The notes under the pieces: generated by a model | Databases searched by the model: none | What the model was told of the DNA's origin: nothing | The model's input: the letters and a program-made list of their open reading frames with translations, nothing else | Program-made: the position numbers and the translations under genes | Part shown: positions 58,663 to 64,000 of the stretch, one piece after another | How positions within the stretch are numbered: the stretch's first letter is position 1 | Layout: each line of letters begins with the position of its first letter | Source of the DNA: an uncultured delta proteobacterium | GTDB lineage: Bacteria > Desulfobacterota > Syntrophobacteria > Syntrophobacterales > Syntrophobacteraceae | Assembly: GCA_963808625.1 (NCBI GenBank) | Contig: CAWEHK010000037.1 | Coordinates: 32,001-96,000 of the forward strand | Direction: 5' to 3' | Length of the DNA stretch: 64,000 bases

Positions 58663-58693
58663 CGGCCGCTCCACATGGTCTCGGAGAGCACTT

Positions 58694-59947
58694 ATGCACC
58701 ATTTTTCTTACCAGCGGGACGAACTTTACTGCGAGGACATTCCTCTACGCAAGGTTGCCGAAGCGGTGGGGACCCCCTGCTTTGTCTACAGCTACGCTAC
58801 CCTGCATCAACACTTCACGGTGTTTGACCAGGCCTTCGCCGAGGTCCCGCACCTTACTTGCTTTTCGGTCAAGTCCAATTCCAATATCGCGATCCTCAAT
58901 CTTCTCGGGTCGCTCGGCGGAGGCGTTGATATCGTGTCGGGCGGAGAACTTTTTCGCGCCCGCAAGGCAGGCATCCCAGCCGACCGGATCGTTTATTCCG
59001 GGGTGGGGAAGACCGTGGACGAGATCGATTATGCCCTCAGCGAGGGCATTCTGATGTTTAACATCGAGTCCACCCAGGAGCTTGAAGCCATTGCGGCGCG
59101 CGCCAAATCACTGGGGCGGACGGCCCGCATTGCCCTTCGCGTTAACCCTGACGTTGACCCGAAAACGCACCCGTATATCTCCACCGGGATGAAGAAAAAC
59201 AAGTTCGGGATTGATCTCGAAAGCGCCATCAGCGCCTACGAGCGGGCGAAAGGTCTCGAGCACATCGAGATTCTCGGCGTGGACTGTCACATCGGCAGCC
59301 AGTTGACGGAGATCGCGCCCTTCGTCGACACCCTCCAGCGTCTCCGCATACTGATCGAACGCCTGGCAAAGATGGACATTCCTATCCGTTATCTCGATCT
59401 TGGCGGTGGACTCGGGATCGTCTACGATCAGGAAGAACCGCCCCATCCGCGCGAATATGCTCAGGCCATCCTCAAGGAGCTCGAGGGATTATCTTGTACC
59501 TTGATTTTCGAACCCGGCCGCGTTATCGTCGGCAATGCCGGAGTTCTGCTCACCAGGGTCCTTTACACCAAAAGGACCGCGATCAAGAATTTCATTATCA
59601 CCGATGCCGGCATGAATGATCTCATTCGACCGAGTTTTTACGGTTCCTACCACCAGATCCAGGCGGTGGAAAGGGCCGTTCAGGGGACCCAGATCGCCGA
59701 TGTCGTGGGTCCAATCTGTGAATCGGGCGATTTTCTGGCTCGGGACCGGGAGTTGCCGAGAGTGAAGCCGGGAGACTATCTCGCCGTAATGAGCGCGGGG
59801 GCTTATGGTTTTTCAATGGGTTCCAACTACAATTCGCGACCGCGCCCACCCGAGGTCCTCGTTAAAGGAGACCGGTACTTCACCATACGGCAGCGGGAAA
59901 GGTGGGAGGATCTGGTCCGGGGAGAAACGATTCCCGATTTTCGTTAA
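58694..59947 (+). CDS. lysA: Diaminopimelate decarboxylase
   Basis: FSVKSNSN, HIGSQ, DLGGG, EPGR, GPICESGD. Confidence 0.97.
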   Translation: MHHFSYQRDELYCEDIPLRKVAEAVGTPCFVYSYATLHQHFTVFDQAFAEVPHLTCFSVKSNSNIAILNLLGSLGGGVDIVSGGELFRARKAGIPADRIVYSGVGKTVDEIDYALSEGILMFNIESTQELEAIAARAKSLGRTARIALRVNPDVDPKTHPYISTGMKKNKFGIDLESAISAYERAKGLEHIEILGVDCHIGSQLTEIAPFVDTLQRLRILIERLAKMDIPIRYLDLGGGLGIVYDQEEPPHPREYAQAILKELEGLSCTLIFEPGRVIVGNAGVLLTRVLYTKRTAIKNFIITDAGMNDLIRPSFYGSYHQIQAVERAVQGTQIADVVGPICESGDFLARDRELPRVKPGDYLAVMSAGAYGFSMGSNYNSRPRPPEVLVKGDRYFTIRQRERWEDLVRGETIPDFR

Positions 59948-60012
59948 CCCGGATTGTCACCTTTTTGAGACGGCGACGCAAAGGAGACTTGCACTGTGGT
60001 AGGGGAAAGCCT

Positions 60013-60879
60013 TTGAAGCGTATCAGCTTTGATAATCCGATCGCCTTCTTGAAAATGACCGGCAGCGGCAATGATTTCATCGTCATCGACAACCGGTCGC
60101 ACCGGATCGATGCGGATCGGTGCCGGGACCTGGTGCGCCTTGCCTGCCGGAGAAAGCTTTCGGTCGGGGCCGACGGCCTGATTCTGATCGAAGACGACGC
60201 CGAAGTGGACTTCCGGTGGCGGTTCTTTAACGCCGATGGCAGCGAAGCCGAGATGTGCGGAAATGGGGCTCGCTGTGCGGCGCGCTTCGCTTATCTCCAA
60301 GGCATCGTGCCCCGGCAGCAGATGGCTTTCCGGACGCTGGCCGGCATCATTCAGGCCGAAATCATGGGGGAGAGAGCAAGAGTTCGCATGACGTCTCCCC
60401 ATGGTTTAAAGATGGATATCTCCTTGCAGGTGGAAGACCATTCTTTCTCTCTGCACTTTATCGATACGGGTGTCCCTCATGTGGTCCACTTTGTAGCCGA
60501 CCAACCAACGCTGGAAGGGACCGATGTTTTCCGCCTGGGTCGGGTCCTCCGTTATCATTCTCAATTTCAGCCCGCTGGAACGAATGCGAATTTTGCCGCG
60601 ATTTTTGATCCCCATAACATGGCCGTCCGTACGTATGAGCGTGGAGTTGAAGCAGAGACTCTTGCCTGCGGCACGGGTTCCATCGCTTCCGTGCTGGTAG
60701 CGGCGGCGAAAGAACTGGTAAGCTCTCCCGTGGAGGTGCTGACCCAGAGCGGGGAAACCCTGACCATTCATTTTGAGCAGCGGAATGAGCAGGGACTGCC
60801 GGAATTTGCCGAAGTCTACCTGGAAGGAGATGCCAAGGTCGTTTACGAAGCCAGACTCTGGGATGAAACCTTAGGATAG
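60013..60879 (+). CDS. dapF: Diaminopimelate epimerase
   Basis: [33 protein letters not shown] start inferred. Confidence 0.95.
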   Translation: MKRISFDNPIAFLKMTGSGNDFIVIDNRSHRIDADRCRDLVRLACRRKLSVGADGLILIEDDAEVDFRWRFFNADGSEAEMCGNGARCAARFAYLQGIVPRQQMAFRTLAGIIQAEIMGERARVRMTSPHGLKMDISLQVEDHSFSLHFIDTGVPHVVHFVADQPTLEGTDVFRLGRVLRYHSQFQPAGTNANFAAIFDPHNMAVRTYERGVEAETLACGTGSIASVLVAAAKELVSSPVEVLTQSGETLTIHFEQRNEQGLPEFAEVYLEGDAKVVYEARLWDETLG

Positions 60880-60893
60880 TAAGGGAGAACACC

Positions 60894-61770
60894 ATGTTTC
60901 AAGGCGCAATGGTGGCTATCGTGACACCATTCAAGGACGGTCAGGTTGACGATGCCTCACTCCGGCAACTGATCGAATTTCAGATTGCCAACGGGACGAG
61001 CGGCATCGTCCCTTGCGGGACTACGGGGGAATCCGCGACCCTTTCCTTCCACGAACACGAGCGGGTCATCGAGATCACGGTTGAACAGGTTAACAAACGG
61101 GTGCCGGTCATCGCCGGAACCGGTTCCAACAATACCCGAGGAAGCCATCCGTCTGACCCAGCATGCCAGGAGTGCCGGGGCGGATGGTGCGCTGATGATC
61201 AGCCCCTACTACAACAAGCCCACTCAGGAAGGCTTGTACCGCCACTATGCGGCAGTCGCCGAAAAGGTGGACATTCCGATCATCATGTACAACATCCCGG
61301 GCCGCACGGCGGTTAACATGGAACCGAGCACCATCGCCCGGCTGGCAAAGATCGAGAATATTGTCGGCATTAAGGAAGCTTCGGGCAGCATGAAGCAGAT
61401 CACGGACATCATCGCCCTGTGCGATGAGCGCTTTGTGGTGGTCTCGGGTGAGGACTATCTGACTTATCCGCTGCTTTGCGTGGGCGGCAAAGGGGTCATC
61501 TCCGTGGTCTCCAACATTGCCCCCCGCGACATGGCCGACCTCTGCAATCTTTCTCTCGAAGGGAAATTCAGCGAGGCGCAAAAGCTCTATTACCGGCTGC
61601 TGCCCTTGTGCCATGCGCTTTTCTATGAAACCAATCCGGCCCCGGTCAAGGCCGCCCTGTTTATGATGAAGAAGATTGCCAGCGAGGAAGTTCGCTTGCC
61701 TCTGGCTCCCATGTCGGAAGCCAATCGCGAACGCCTGCGCGGCGATTTGCAGGCCTATGGCCTGCTCTAA
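60894..61770 (+). CDS. dapA: 4-hydroxy-tetrahydrodipicolinate synthase (frameshift near 61135)
   Basis: [33 protein letters not shown]. Confidence 0.95.
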
Positions 61771-61782
61771 GAGGAGTACACG

Positions 61783-62589
61783 ATGGTGCGTGCGGCGGTA
61801 GCCGGCATCGCCGGCAGGATGGGGTCCCGGATCGCACAACTGGTTCGCGAGAGCGATGGCATCGAACTGGTTGGTGTCTTCGAGCACCCTGCGCACCCCG
61901 CTGTGGGTAAGGACGTTGCCGAGGTTATCGGCGGAAGTCCCGGCGGAATAAAGATCTGCGGCAATATCAGCGAGGTCCTGGAGGAAGCGGACGTAGTGAT
62001 CGACTTCACCAGCGCTTCGGCATCGCTTGGCCATTTGCAGGCGGCTGCCGCAAAGAAGGTGCCCATGGTTATGGGATCCACGGGTTTCAGCGCCGAACAG
62101 ATGGCGCAGGCTCGTGAACTGAGCCAGGAACATGCCCTGTGTCCTGACCCCCAACATGAGCATGGGGGTCAACGTGCTCTTCAAGGTCGTGGCTGATGTG
62201 ACACGTTTGCTGGGCAGCGGCTTTGACGTCGAAATTGTCGAGGCGCACCATCGGTTCAAGAAGGATGCTCCGAGCGGCACCGCCCTGAAGCTGGCTCAGA
62301 TCGTGGCGGGAGCGCTCGAGCGCGAACTCGATCAGGTTGGCGTTTTCGCACGACATGGTTTGATCGGGGAGCGCACCAGCCAGGAAATCGGGATCCAGAC
62401 GGTTCGGGGTGGAGACATTGTGGGGGAACATACGGTCATGTTTGCCGGCCTCGGCGAGAGGATCGAGCTCACCCATCGTGCCCACAGCCGCGACAATTTC
62501 GCCCGTGGCGCGGTCCGCGCAGCCCTCTGGGTGGTCCGGCAACCGCCCGGCCTCTATGACATGCAGAACGTTTTAGGCATCAGATAACA
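61783..62589 (+). CDS. dapB: 4-hydroxy-tetrahydrodipicolinate reductase (frameshift near 62125)
   Basis: GIAGRMG, EAHHRFKKDAPSGTA, RGGDIVGEH. Confidence 0.95.
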
Positions 62590-62630
62590 GTCCTGATTGC
62601 CGTGGGCTGAACTCGGAGCGCGTATAACTA

Positions 62631-62681
62631 GACTCAGCACTCAGCACTCAGCACTGAACTCAGTACTCAGCACCCAGCACT
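62631..62681. repeat. Heptamer tandem tract (actcagc)n
   Basis: actcagcactcagcactcagcactgaactcagtactcagcacccagcact. Confidence 0.8.
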
Positions 62682-62698
62682 ACTTTTCGGAGCGTTGA

Positions 62699-63865
62699 AT
62701 GACATTTGTTAGAGCGGAACGACTGGAGCAGCTTCCCCCGTATCTTTTCCAGGAGATCGATCGTCTCAAGGCGGAACTCCTTGCCAAGGGTGTGGACGTC
62801 ATCAATCTGGGAGTTGGAGACCCCGATCTGCCGACCCCCGGACACATCATCAAGAGGCTCCAGAAATCTGCCGAAGATCCCTCAACCCATCAATATCCCT
62901 CCTATTCCGGAATGAATGATTTCCGGATAAGCGTCGCCGGATGGTACCAGCGGCGCTTTGGTGTGGAGCTGGACCCGTTGCGCGAAGTGTTGACACTGAT
63001 CGGGTCTAAAGAGGGCATTGCCCATTTTCCTCTGGCCTTCATCAATCCGGGTGATCTGGCTCTGGTGCCGACTCCGGGATATCCCGTTTATCAGGTGGCG
63101 ACGCTTTTTGCCGGCGGCGAATCCTATTTCATGCCGCTGGTGCGTGAGAACCACTTCCTTCCCGACCTCGAGGCCATTCCTGCCGAGGCGGCCCGCCGCG
63201 CCAAGCTCATCTTTCTCAACTACCCGAATAATCCCACCGGCGCCACCGCTGAGCGAGATTTCTACGAAAAGGTGCTGGCTTTCGCCAGGGAATATGATCT
63301 CATCGTTTGTCATGACGCAGCCTACAGTGAAATGGCCTTTGACGGCTATCGGCCCATGAGTTTTCTCGAAATTCCCGGCGCCAAAGAAGTGGCTATCGAA
63401 TTCCACTCGCTTTCCAAAACCTACAACATGACCGGCTGGCGACTGGGCTTTGCGGTGGGAAATGCCAGGCTCATCGAGGGCTTGGGGCAGATCAAGAGCA
63501 ATATCGATTCGGGCGCCTTCAACGCTGTTCAATGGGCAGGCATTGCCGCCCTTGACGAAGACCAGGAATGCGTCAGGACGATGCAGCAAACCTACCAGGA
63601 GAGGCGTGATGTGCTCATCGCAGGGCTTCGGCGCGTTGGTTTGGAACCGGATGTTCCCAAGGCTACTTTCTATGTCTGGTGTGCTGTCCCGTCCGGGTAC
63701 ACGTCCTCTGCGTTCACGTCCCTTCTGCTGAAGGAATGCGGCATCGTAACGACACCGGGGAGCGGTTTCGGTGCCCCCGGCGAGGGCTACATTCGCCTGG
63801 CTCTGACCGTCGATAAAGCGCGGATTGCCGAGGCGGTGGCACGCATTGAAAAGCTGTCTTTCTAG
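62699..63865 (+). CDS. dapL: LL-diaminopimelate aminotransferase
   Basis: LPPYLF, GSKEGI, NYPNNPTG, SLSKTYNMTGWR; position within dap cluster. Confidence 0.85.
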   Translation: MTFVRAERLEQLPPYLFQEIDRLKAELLAKGVDVINLGVGDPDLPTPGHIIKRLQKSAEDPSTHQYPSYSGMNDFRISVAGWYQRRFGVELDPLREVLTLIGSKEGIAHFPLAFINPGDLALVPTPGYPVYQVATLFAGGESYFMPLVRENHFLPDLEAIPAEAARRAKLIFLNYPNNPTGATAERDFYEKVLAFAREYDLIVCHDAAYSEMAFDGYRPMSFLEIPGAKEVAIEFHSLSKTYNMTGWRLGFAVGNARLIEGLGQIKSNIDSGAFNAVQWAGIAALDEDQECVRTMQQTYQERRDVLIAGLRRVGLEPDVPKATFYVWCAVPSGYTSSAFTSLLLKECGIVTTPGSGFGAPGEGYIRLALTVDKARIAEAVARIEKLSF

Positions 63866-63867
63866 AG

Positions 63868-64000
63868 ATGGAGCAGGTCCTGATCGGTCTGGGGAGCAAT
63901 CTGGGAGATTCGGTGCAGATTTGTCTTGCAGCAATCGAGCGGTTGGCGAACCATACGCACGTGCGGGTGCTTGGAAGGTCCTCGTTTTACCGCACGAAAC
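63868..64000 (+). CDS. folK: 2-amino-4-hydroxy-6-hydroxymethyldihydropteridine diphosphokinase (5' part, runs off window)
   Basis: MEQVLIGLGSNLGD...SSFYRT. Confidence 0.85.
   Translation, partial: MEQVLIGLGSNLGDSVQICLAAIERLANHTHVRVLGRSSFYRTK

Overview
A 64-kb chromosomal window from a GC-rich bacterium. Gene content and order suggest Desulfobacterota (deltaproteobacteria), possibly Syntrophobacterales; this is an inference. Many essential genes (lysS, eno, dapA, dapB, recB, recC, fusA, bamA) carry single-base frameshifts, which most likely reflect long-read assembly error rather than true pseudogenes. Core blocks: bamA-lolD-lolC/E-lysS; ggt plus a TAXI-TRAP transporter; recC-recB-recD; eno/tRNA-Cys/efp/epmA; fusA paralogue; xerC-hslVU-argBDFGH-lipoprotein-lysA-dapF-dapA-dapB-dapL-folK. 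Accessory regions: (i) a decayed integrase island at tRNA-Arg(TCT), 4.7-7.0 kb; (ii) a toxin-antitoxin cluster with an IS200-type transposase, 13.6-19.2 kb; (iii) a DUF4062-NACHT-FGE/C-type-lectin gene, 36.4-39.5 kb. The 3' end of that gene is adenine-depleted, has the codon pattern of a diversity-generating retroelement (DGR) variable repeat, and is followed by a GC hairpin and a ~78-bp tandem array. This candidate hypervariable NLR-like receptor is the most interesting item; no template repeat or reverse transcriptase was seen in the window. Several palindromic repeat families and 7-mer tracts fill intergenic spaces.
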